Source: Trypanosoma brucei (taxonomy: Eukaryota). Taken from it: a stretch of DNA of 64,000 nucleotides. The stretch lies in the NCBI GenBank assembly GCA_000002445.1, contig CP000068.1:800001-864000 (forward strand), read 5' to 3'. Made by a program: the position numbers and the translations under genes. A model generated the notes under the pieces. It was not told the origin of the DNA and searched no databases. It was given only the letters and a program-made list of their open reading frames with translations. Each line of letters begins with the position of its first letter. The first letter of the stretch is position 1. Of this stretch, positions 44,010 through 52,515 are shown in pieces.

Positions 44010-44729
44010 ATGGCCTTTTGGGAAAAGATATGGTGCCGTCTTTTCGGCCGTGTAAATATCCCTGGTGTAGTTTACAGTGATGAAATTGATGCAACTGCCA
44101 CATATGACCGTCAGCAGCGGGAATCCATGTGGCGAGGTAACTTACGTAATGTCCGTCTCGACACGGTGCCACCGCTTTTGTTACGAACGAGTGGCGCCGA
44201 AAATGCCTTATTGGGACCCGAAGAGGAACCCTACACATTTTGGGAGCGGGTTGGTGTTGTTCCTGTACATCCCTCACGCGTGCGGCCCCGGCAATATTAT
44301 CATCCGATAACTGATTTTGGGTTGTACGATTATGATGAGGTGTCGCCGGAGGAGCGGGATTTAACGGCACGTTGGTTGGCGAAGGTGTTGGAGTTCAACG
44401 CAGCGGTGCCACTCGGCATTCTCTGTGCAGCTGGTTGTTTAGTGCTTCCTTTACACACGGTATATCGTATGCCCCTTTTGGTTGCATCGGCGGCAACGGG
44501 GGTAATGTTTGAGATCACACATTCGTACATGAATGCGGGGAAGGAACGACAGGATCTTGACGACTTCATATTGGCAAAGGAAATTTGGTATATCAAAAAC
44601 GTGGAGGCGTATCAGTTAGACATTCCGCTCATTCCCAAAGGACGTGAGGCGGAGTACCAGGCATTCCTGGATGGCTCTAATGGAACTTCGCAAATGTTGC
44701 CTGATGAGCTAGCGGAGGCCCTCCACTAA
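44010..44729 (+). CDS. Hypothetical protein (239 aa from the first ATG).
   Basis: The first in-frame ATG is at 44010; the track start at 43914 is GTG and its first 32 codons are Lys/Glu low complexity. A hydrophobic segment 'AVPLGILCAAGCLVLPL' is present. An antisense ORF at 44008..44370 is judged spurious. Confidence 0.45.
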   Translation: MAFWEKIWCRLFGRVNIPGVVYSDEIDATATYDRQQRESMWRGNLRNVRLDTVPPLLLRTSGAENALLGPEEEPYTFWERVGVVPVHPSRVRPRQYYHPITDFGLYDYDEVSPEERDLTARWLAKVLEFNAAVPLGILCAAGCLVLPLHTVYRMPLLVASAATGVMFEITHSYMNAGKERQDLDDFILAKEIWYIKNVEAYQLDIPLIPKGREAEYQAFLDGSNGTSQMLPDELAEALH

Positions 44730-45230
44730 AACAACAGTGGAAGGGCAATGCAAAAAGGCGGAGACATCAGTGTTTGGTTTCATCCGTCGCGTCGGTACGG
44801 AATTGGTGGAGAAGGGCGGGGTGGGGGGGGGGGGAGTAAACTCGTGTTGGGTTTCTTTCCCTTTTTTAAAAAAATAAAGGTTGTAAATGGTTTTGTTTTG
44901 TGCGGTATTTGCTGTTGTTCTGTTTCATTTTCACTTTGTCACGAGTTTCCTTTTTGTGCATGAGTGGGTCGCATTATCGATGCTTATGGTGCGACCGCCA
45001 TGCTCCTGTGGTTTTGCTGTATCACACACGAAAACACAAAAAAATATATTGTAAGTTGTGCCCGCTTGTACGAGGTGTTTCTTGGTGTATTCTACTTTTT
45101 CCCGTTTCTTAAGTATAACACAACCTTTTTTTTGGTTGTTCTTTGTTATTTACACCTTCTGATCTCTCTTGTCCCTTACCTAGTAGTCACATTACTGCAT
45201 TTTACCGGCTTAGTGGAGAGGCTGGTGCTC

Positions 45231-46064
45231 ATGTCTTACAGATTTTTCGCGTCGAAGCTAAAACCATGGAAAGACATTGTTACGGAAAGTGTTGATTGTT
45301 TAGTTGTTGCAGCCCTCTGCGGATCGTTCAACCCTATGCACAAAACGCACGTTGAGATGTACAACCTCGTAGAGGAGGTTCTGAAAGGAACGGTATGGCA
45401 AAAGTCTCTGTTAGTTGGTGGGTTTGTCTCTCCGGTGAACGATGGTTATGAAAAGGAAGGACTCCACAGTTTTGAGGAACGCGTCGCCGTCTGCGATGCG
45501 TCACTTGCTGGTCACCCTGCGTTATCTGTTGATCGTTGGGAAGGACTGCAGCCGGATTTTGTAAACACTTTTTGGGTGTTGGACCACATCCAGCGACAGG
45601 TGCAGAATTGGTACGAAAATGATGCCAATCCAAATGAGGCGCAGTTGTCGTGGTTACGCGAACACCCAGTGCGTGTACTGTTCGTTTGTGGAAGTGACCT
45701 TTCGGCGACATTTCTCATACCAGGCGTTTGGGAGCTACCGTTGCTTAAAAGGCTTCTAGATAACTTTGGTATTGTTGTGTACCGACGGCCGGGAACACCG
45801 AGCTGGAAGGAGTTGTTAGAAGCTGAGGGATCAGTTGTGCACGATGATCTCGTTGAAGAAGACGGAAGCATGACGCCATTATCTTTGGACCTCTCTTCCT
45901 ATTCAATTATTGAAACCGATCTGTTGAATAGCTTCATATCGGCTACGGATATTCGTAAGCAGCTGCTGATGGAGCCAGCAGCTGATCTTACTGCGTTTGT
46001 CATCCCCACCGCGGAGGAGCTTATCCGTAAGTTTTATGGGAAAGAGCCGGTGAGTATCTCCTAA
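45231..46064 (+). CDS. NMNAT: Nicotinamide/nicotinate mononucleotide adenylyltransferase (NMNAT).
   Basis: 'AALCGSFNPMHKTHVEM' resembles human NMNAT1 'LLACGSFNPITNMHLRL', the (H/T)xGH-type nucleotidyltransferase motif. 'VGGFVSPVNDGYEKEGL' resembles 'VKGIISPVGDAYKKKGL'. 'VLFVCGSDLSATFLIPGVW' resembles 'VKLLCGADLLESFAVPNLW'. 'ISATDIRKQL' resembles 'ISSTKIRRAL'. The start was set to the ATG at 45231; the upstream part of ORF 44964.. starts at GTG and reads as UTR. Confidence 0.8.
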   Translation: MSYRFFASKLKPWKDIVTESVDCLVVAALCGSFNPMHKTHVEMYNLVEEVLKGTVWQKSLLVGGFVSPVNDGYEKEGLHSFEERVAVCDASLAGHPALSVDRWEGLQPDFVNTFWVLDHIQRQVQNWYENDANPNEAQLSWLREHPVRVLFVCGSDLSATFLIPGVWELPLLKRLLDNFGIVVYRRPGTPSWKELLEAEGSVVHDDLVEEDGSMTPLSLDLSSYSIIETDLLNSFISATDIRKQLLMEPAADLTAFVIPTAEELIRKFYGKEPVSIS

Positions 46065-46495
46065 TGGCGATTTTTGGGGTAAATATTTAATCGAAAATTA
46101 TACGCTTCACTTTTGTAGGCACTGGATGTAAGGACTCCCAGTTCGCGATGTCTCAAGGACTTCTCGGTTATCGTGCATAAATCAGGTTGTGTCCTTGCGC
46201 GAGTTGCTTGAATCCTTTCAAACATCTTCGCGTGTCTATCGCGATATTAGAGTTACCAAGGTCTTCACAATGTGAATAACTCTGTGAAGGTTTCGTGAAC
46301 AATACTGCGAAAGCGTGATCAACTTCCCTATTGTCGTTTCTGTTTTATCCCATATGATCTTCGCCCCTTGCCTCCACATAATAGGTTTTTTTTTCTTTGA
46401 AAAGGGTTAACAACCGGCACATTAACCCAAATAGGAGATACGATCACAAACCAGAAAAAATTTACTCGGACCATTGTTAGTCACGTTACGCTTAA

Positions 46496-46556
46496 ATTCT
46501 TTTTAGCTTCGTGAGTTTTTCCCCCTTAATTCGCTATCCATTCATAGCAACCTTTT
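46496..46556 (+). promoter_or_regulatory. Polypyrimidine tract plus AG upstream of the ALO gene.
   Basis: 'cttaaattctttttagcttcgtgagtttttcccccttaattcgctatccattcatag' lies immediately 5' of the ATG at 46561. Confidence 0.45.
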
Positions 46557-46560
46557 GTAT

Positions 46561-48123
46561 ATGGGACAGGAGACGATGTCCGATGGGACTTGGACTAACT
46601 TTGCAAATATTGGAAAGTGTTTTCCTCGTAAACATCACTACCCCAATACTGTGGAAGAAGTTTCTTCTATTATAAAAGTTATTAACTCCGCTGGTGAGCG
46701 GTGCCGCGTGGTGGGTGGAGGGAAGAGCCCCAATTCATGTACATTTACTAATGGTCACCTGATTCACATGGATCGACTTAACCGCATTACTTCCATTGAC
46801 GAAAAATCTATGACTATCGTGTGTGAAGGTGGTGCATTAATAAGTGATGTGTTTGAGCGGTTGAGCGCCCATGATCTGATGCTCCGTTGTGTTCCATCTT
46901 TCGTGCAGACAACTGTTGGGGGTGTCATTGCTACTGCCACACACAGTAGTGGCATACGGTCCCGCTCCATCTCTGATTGTGTCGTCCGCCTTCAGCTGGT
47001 TGATGGACGCGGTATTCTTCATACGTTTGACGCCTCCACACCGAAGGAATTATCACTTTCCGCATGCCATCTCGGTATGTTAGGCGTCGTTGTTTCTGTG
47101 ACACTTCAGGCTGAGAAAAAACGACTGTGGCGCATAGAGAGCCGTCCCATTCCGTTCCGAAAATTGACTGAAGGCGATACACTTAAAAAACGCATTGCCG
47201 AGTCGGAGTTCTACCGCTTTTTCTGGATGCCCAATACAGACCAATGTTATGAGTCTACTGCTGAATTTGTTGGCGAAGAGGGGGCCGATCAGACGAAAAG
47301 AGTCGACGAATCTATCAAACTTGCGATGGGGAAGAAGCATGAGGCAACGTTACCAATGACCGCAGGAAACACAATTACAAAGCTAACCTCCAGCAAGTTG
47401 AGGAATTTTTCTTCCGAAAAGTGCAACAGCACGGGGGAGGACTATCAGATGTGGCTGCGAAATCAGCGGACCCTTCGAACTCGGATCTGCAAAATTCTTA
47501 AAGGTAGCTGGCTGCGCCACGGTGTGGTGGAGGCCGCACTTGCAGCAGCTGTCATTCAACCGGGTATACAACCTTACATTAATCGCACGTATCGTCGTCT
47601 CTTCTACAATGCTCCAGAAGTTCAATATGGCACCTCATTGGAATGCTTCACGTTCGACTGCCTCTTCAAGCAGTGGGCATGCGAGTGGGCGATTGACATT
47701 AGCAATGTCATGCCCGCGTTTCATTATCTTCGTGGCCTTATTTCCTCTGAAAACCTGAGTGTTCATTTCCCCGTTGAGTTCCGCTTTACTGGTGCTGATA
47801 CAGCTGCTCTGTCACCTGCGCATGGCCGTCAAACGTGTTGGATCGGTATCGTAATGTACCGTCCTTACTTGCGGCACGCTAGAGACACATTACGTTACTA
47901 CGATGCATTCAGCAAAGCCATGACGGTGATGGGTGGTAGGCCGCATTGGGCAAAATATTACACTTGGGGACCGGAGCAAATGCTGAAAGCTTACGGAAAG
48001 AATTGGGAGGATTTTCTGCTCTTTCGCAAGAAAATGGACCCGGAAGGTGTCTTTTTGAATGGTTGGTTCAATAGCCTCAGTGGAAACAGCCCAGTACTTA
48101 ACAGCACTATTAGTCATCTGTAG
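46561..48123 (+). CDS. ALO: FAD-linked sugar-1,4-lactone oxidase (GULO/ALO/GAL oxidase family; ascorbate biosynthesis, final step).
   Basis: Colinear with GULO. 'CRVVGGGKSPNSC' corresponds to 'VKVVGGGHSPSDIAC'. 'VQTTVGGVIATATHSSGI' corresponds to 'VSDVTVAGVIGSGTHNTGI'. 'EFYRFFWMPNTD' corresponds to 'EYFRFLWFPHTE'. 'HFPVEFRFTGADTAALSPA...IVMYRP...GGRPHWAKYY' corresponds to 'HYPVEVRFTRGDDILLSPC...IIMYRP...GGRPHWAKAH'. Confidence 0.8.
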   Translation: MGQETMSDGTWTNFANIGKCFPRKHHYPNTVEEVSSIIKVINSAGERCRVVGGGKSPNSCTFTNGHLIHMDRLNRITSIDEKSMTIVCEGGALISDVFERLSAHDLMLRCVPSFVQTTVGGVIATATHSSGIRSRSISDCVVRLQLVDGRGILHTFDASTPKELSLSACHLGMLGVVVSVTLQAEKKRLWRIESRPIPFRKLTEGDTLKKRIAESEFYRFFWMPNTDQCYESTAEFVGEEGADQTKRVDESIKLAMGKKHEATLPMTAGNTITKLTSSKLRNFSSEKCNSTGEDYQMWLRNQRTLRTRICKILKGSWLRHGVVEAALAAAVIQPGIQPYINRTYRRLFYNAPEVQYGTSLECFTFDCLFKQWACEWAIDISNVMPAFHYLRGLISSENLSVHFPVEFRFTGADTAALSPAHGRQTCWIGIVMYRPYLRHARDTLRYYDAFSKAMTVMGGRPHWAKYYTWGPEQMLKAYGKNWEDFLLFRKKMDPEGVFLNGWFNSLSGNSPVLNSTISHL

Positions 48124-48469
48124 TAGCGGACGTAACAGATCATAAGATTTTGGCACCAATAGTCGGAGGCAACCATGCCCTGCCATTACGATTTGTGGAT
48201 CATTCCCACTTTTATAATTTTTTTTAATAATCACCTAAAGGACGACGTCCCAAAGGTTGCAACTAAGTGCAATGGCTACGTTCATAGTTTCGACAAACGA
48301 ACGAAAGGAGTAGTGAAGAAATAAACGCGGGATGTTCCACCGTCGTTTGCGTCTACAAGCACATTTAGTCACATGGCTAAGAAGTGGTAGTGAAGAGAGG
48401 CTTTAAAACACGCTTAACCCTCTTGTGGACCGTGGAAAGTAGCCACTGACTGTCGCCTTCATAATGATT

Positions 48470-48608
48470 ATGTAAAACATTTAACTCATTTCTCTTGCGA
48501 CTGTACCTTTATTTTTGTCGTACTATTTTACACTGCTACCGAAATCGTTCGTGTTACCACTTTTCTTCTTCAACTTGTCTTATTCTTATTCAGAATACTG
48601 CAGGAAGT
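48470..48608 (+). promoter_or_regulatory. Extended polypyrimidine-rich region ending in 'ttattcag', upstream of SDA1.
   Basis: 'catttctcttgcgactgtacctttatttttgtcgtactattttacactgctaccgaaatcgttcgtgttaccacttttcttcttcaacttgtcttattcttattcag'. Confidence 0.45.
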
Positions 48609-48660
48609 CCTTAGTCACTAGCTGCAACCACAAAAAAAGAGAAAGAATTTGCAGGCGGGA

Positions 48661-51243
48661 ATGACGGAAACAGCGTTTCGAGGGACACTACTGCTTCTTC
48701 AAAACCGCACGCGTCGGGACCCGGAGGCCTACCGTGACGAGTTTCTCACACAACTTGACCACTTCAAGGCACTCACTCAAACCGTCGCGACACAAAAAGA
48801 GACAAACCCGCAGTATGTGGCAGTGCTCAATTTTGTTTGTCATGTCGGGCACTGCTACCCTAAGGAGTGTGAAGATGTAGCGGAAATTGTATTGAAGTTG
48901 CTGCAGGACTTTAAGGGAAGCACTATGACGTCGGATTTACGGCTCGTACTGGTTAAATCTCTGGCGCTTCTTCGTTCCAAAAACATCGTCTCTGCTGAGC
49001 GTTCCTTTCCATTGTTCTTCGAGCTGCTTCAAGAGCGTGACAAGGTCCTGAGACGCGTAATTCTTTCCCATATTGTCAGTGACATCCGCAGGGTGAACAT
49101 GCCAGGCGCCAAGAACGGTGCCGCCGTAAATAAAAAGGCACAGAACTTCTTGTTTGGTGTGATGGCAGATGACGACCCAGTGCAGGCTCGCTGCGCTGAA
49201 ATGGTGATGATTGATTTGTACCGCCGCCGTGTGTGGGCCGACGAGCGAACAGTGGAGGTGCTTACGCAAGCTTGTTTTTCAAGGCACACCGCCATTATCC
49301 GAACTGCACTACGTTTCTTCCTCCTACAGATGCCGAAAATAACTTCCATGGACAGCAAAAATGAAGACGATGATGATGACGACCCGGGAAGAGCCATATC
49401 GAAAATGAAACAGAAGCTGAAGATCAAAAAGAAGACAGGTAAACGAGAACGAATACTGAAACGTGAGGTTGGGGCAGTAAAGCGGAAGTACAACAAGGAA
49501 GAGAAAGAAGAGGAGCTACTCGCGAAGCAGCACGTGGATCCCATAAGGCTGCTGCGGAACCCACAGCAATTTGTTGAACGGTTGCTCGCACGTCTACAGA
49601 AGACAAGTGAGCGGTTCGAGGTTCGTGTTCTCTACTTGAATGTTATTGCGCGGACGGTTTCCGAACATGAGGTGGTACACCTTCCTTTATATGGTTTTCT
49701 AGAGCGCTACATGGAACCCTCGCAACTTCACTCCACACAACTGCTGGCGCTTTCTGTCATGTGCACTCACCGTATGGTGCCCCCTGACGCCCTCGAACCG
49801 CTCGTGAGAGCCATCGCAAACCACTTCGTTTCTGACCGATCGTCTCCCGATGCCATTACGGTTGGGTTGAACACAATACGCGAAATATGCAAACGTCAGC
49901 CCCTTGCAATGAACGCGGATCTTCTAAAGGACCTTGTTGAATATAAATCGCAGCGTGGTGACAAGGGTGTAGTAATGGCTGCCCGCGCTCTCATTCAGTT
50001 ATTCCGTCATGTTTACCCGGAGCTGCTTCCGGGTAAACTACGAACAAGGACAGTCGATGCCTCTACTGGGGAGGCGCCCAAACCCGTATACGGGAAGGAG
50101 CATGTGTACACAGATATTCCCGGTTTGGAGTTGCTTTATGCTGATGAGGGAAGCGACGCGTCTTCTCACAGCTGTTGCTCTGGCAGTAGTGATGACGACG
50201 ATGACAGCGATGGTACATGGGTAACGGATAGTAGCGACTGCGACCCAGACGATATTGAAGGTAGCTTTGTCGATGCCTCTGAATGCAGTAGTTGTGATGA
50301 AGAACACGAAGAGTGCCCCCAACTTGTAACCGTCAAACCTTCTTCAGGAGAACCACCATGTAAAGTAACAAAATATGAAAACAATGCAATAGGTGCTGAA
50401 TCGCAACCCTCTTTTCGTGAGGACATGCCATCCCAAGTACACAAGCCTTCTAACCAAGACAGCGACACGCCAAGTGAAGAATCGGGTGGCAGCAGCGAAC
50501 TGGAAGAGGAACTGGAAGAGTTTGAAGAAGTCGAAGGGGAGAGTTACGATGAGGAGGAAGGTGATGATAGTGATGTTGAGGAAGGAAGTGAAGAGGAGGG
50601 AGATGATTCTTCGTTTTGCTCTGAAGAGTGGGAAGATGAGGAGGAGGAAGCAGATGAAGAAGAGGATCAACCCTCACAAAAGGGCGAAAAAGACGTTGAA
50701 GGGGCAGGTGAGTGGTTTGAGGACGTTGACATTAACTCGACGCAACCATCGCAACGTTCAACAGTATCCAAACTGTCGTCGTCAGCGGCGCGCATTCTAA
50801 CGGACGAAGACTTTGCTCGCATCCGAGCCCTTCAAAAGAAGCAACAACAGGGTAAACTACTCTCAAAGCGTAAAGGAAAAGATGCAGAGGCACGAGCGAA
50901 GAAACGCGAAGCTCTCATTCACAGCGTTTCAGCGGATCTCACAGCAGAGGTCATTGAGCATTTCACTGAAAAGAAACGTACAGAAGACCGACAGGAAAAG
51001 ATTGCTCGCACTGAGGAACTGAGGCGGTCAAAGTCCAAGTTTGAGGCTCGAAAGAAGAAGAAGAGCAAGCTCAACTCTACTCATGTGGAGCATTCGAAGA
51101 GAGGAAAGTTGTTTAACATGACAAAGCGCTCACGACGGGTCGGGGCAAAGTTGAAATCTTCTGTGGCTGACCGTTCGAACCGAAATAAGGAAAACAAAAA
51201 GAAGGACATTAAGTTCCGCATCCGCCGTGGATGGAAGGCATAA
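48661..51243 (+). CDS. SDA1: SDA1 (severe depolymerisation of actin 1 / SDAD1) 60S ribosome-biogenesis/export factor.
   Basis: 'RRDPEAYRDEFLTQLDHFKA' resembles human SDAD1 '[20 protein letters not shown]'. 'VGHCYPKE' resembles 'ISHCYPEY'. 'IDLYRRRVWADERTVEVLTQACFS' resembles '[24 protein letters not shown]'. 'ERFEVRVLYLNVIAR' resembles 'ERFEVKMMLMNLISR'. 'TVGLNTIREICKRQPLAMN' resembles 'TVGINAIKEITARCPLAMT'. 'ILTDEDFARIRA' resembles 'VLTQEDFQKIRM'. The acidic Asp/Glu/Ser tracts are typical. Confidence 0.85.
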   Translation: MTETAFRGTLLLLQNRTRRDPEAYRDEFLTQLDHFKALTQTVATQKETNPQYVAVLNFVCHVGHCYPKECEDVAEIVLKLLQDFKGSTMTSDLRLVLVKSLALLRSKNIVSAERSFPLFFELLQERDKVLRRVILSHIVSDIRRVNMPGAKNGAAVNKKAQNFLFGVMADDDPVQARCAEMVMIDLYRRRVWADERTVEVLTQACFSRHTAIIRTALRFFLLQMPKITSMDSKNEDDDDDDPGRAISKMKQKLKIKKKTGKRERILKREVGAVKRKYNKEEKEEELLAKQHVDPIRLLRNPQQFVERLLARLQKTSERFEVRVLYLNVIARTVSEHEVVHLPLYGFLERYMEPSQLHSTQLLALSVMCTHRMVPPDALEPLVRAIANHFVSDRSSPDAITVGLNTIREICKRQPLAMNADLLKDLVEYKSQRGDKGVVMAARALIQLFRHVYPELLPGKLRTRTVDASTGEAPKPVYGKEHVYTDIPGLELLYADEGSDASSHSCCSGSSDDDDDSDGTWVTDSSDCDPDDIEGSFVDASECSSCDEEHEECPQLVTVKPSSGEPPCKVTKYENNAIGAESQPSFREDMPSQVHKPSNQDSDTPSEESGGSSELEEELEEFEEVEGESYDEEEGDDSDVEEGSEEEGDDSSFCSEEWEDEEEEADEEEDQPSQKGEKDVEGAGEWFEDVDINSTQPSQRSTVSKLSSSAARILTDEDFARIRALQKKQQQGKLLSKRKGKDAEARAKKREALIHSVSADLTAEVIEHFTEKKRTEDRQEKIARTEELRRSKSKFEARKKKKSKLNSTHVEHSKRGKLFNMTKRSRRVGAKLKSSVADRSNRNKENKKKDIKFRIRRGWKA

Positions 51244-51763
51244 CAACCACTCAAACTCCGTTTTAGTGAGGTGTGTGCACACAACGTTTGTGAGGTCGTT
51301 TCATTACATTTTGTGTCTTGCCTGCGTTCACAGACCTCAATTTAAAAAGGGGTTTACCAATGCCAAAGGACTTTAATGTACTGACGTTTAAAGTAACAGT
51401 TTAAATCTTTTGGCCAAACTTCGGGCCCTCAGTCACTCTATGTTTCCTTTCTTGTGGAATTTAATTTCCAGCACCAAACCTCATGCCCACCGCTGTGGGG
51501 ACTTCATAGCCAAATATTTACCTCTTTTTCTCCCTTCAATTTGTTGGAAACATTCCTCACTGTTTTTTGAAGGAGGGGTGGTACCTACCATTAAGGGGAG
51601 TTCAACTGATTCTTTTTTTTTTTTGAGTTCACGTGGGAGCCACGCGGTTGCACACAAGTCAGAGAGAAAAGGAAGTAAAAGTTTTTCTGGTGGGTGAGAC
51701 GCTACATTTGACCCCGTCATACTCCACTGTAGCAGCGCGTAACGTCTTTTTAAAAGTTGTTTC

Positions 51764-52147
51764 ATGCCTCTATGGTCCTTTGTGGAGTTGTCGAGCAGCT
51801 TCCTGAGCCCCGTAACCGTTGGCGTATCTCCTTTTTTCCGGCCACTGGAGGAGCGACTTAACACGGAACCGCCAGCTGTGCGGGAGGTCGTTTGGGAATA
51901 CATGCACTGCACGAAGCGCGCCATCAACACGCGAATTATAGGGTTCTGCGAGCCAACACTAAACAAATGTGTGGATGATTTGCGATTGTACCTTAAAGCA
52001 TCAGCGGCTGGTGGGAGTGACGAGGCTTCTCTCGCGGAAGTATTGAGGCGCCGTCGTGGTGAGGTGGATGCGGATTCGTTACCTTGGGAATCACGTGCGG
52101 AGTACAAGGAGTGGCTCCGCACTCAGGGAAGGTTGAAGTGTGGGTAA
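51764..52147 (+). CDS. Small (127 aa) hypothetical protein.
   Basis: ATG at 51764, preceded by a long polypyrimidine tract at 51430-51617. It is on the same strand as its neighbours and the protein is non-repetitive ('VWEYMHCTKRAINTRIIGFCEPTLNKCVDDLRLYLKA'). A larger antisense ORF at 51481..52122 (-) overlaps it and is judged less likely. Confidence 0.4.
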   Translation: MPLWSFVELSSSFLSPVTVGVSPFFRPLEERLNTEPPAVREVVWEYMHCTKRAINTRIIGFCEPTLNKCVDDLRLYLKASAAGGSDEASLAEVLRRRRGEVDADSLPWESRAEYKEWLRTQGRLKCG

Positions 52148-52515
52148 GCACGTGAGGGCACATACATGGTGAGCACGTTACGAAGCAGTACGGGGCCGTA
52201 CCGAATGTGATTTGGTGTTGTTATCTTTTTCTCAAGGTTGTTCATGCAAAGGGTAACGCGGGTTCGCTCATAATACCGTTACCACACTGTTCCTGTTGTG
52301 GCTGACCAACCAGTGACGGCGTCCCTTTTTTGCTTGGGATGTTTACATATCGTAAGGAGTGGGCATCTCCTCTTCGCTCGTTGCACGTGTTCGTTACGAT
52401 TTTCATTTATTTATTGCTTTTGCCCTAGAATTTTGTTGGTGAAATCACAAAACAGTCCCTAAGTTGTATTCCCTTTTCCCCCCTCTCTTTACTGTTAGCA
52501 TAGTGTGTGTCAACA

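Noticed and set aside
44964-45230. N-terminal 89-codon extension of the NMNAT ORF given by the ORF track
   Set aside because: The track start is GTG. The extension translates a polypyrimidine tract ('FFPFLKYNTTFFLVVLCYLHLL'). The conserved NMNAT N-terminus begins right after the ATG at 45231.
49029-49544. 171-aa minus-strand ORF inside SDA1
   Set aside because: It is antisense to the acidic and Lys-rich SDA1 region and translates Ser/Phe repeats. Judged spurious.
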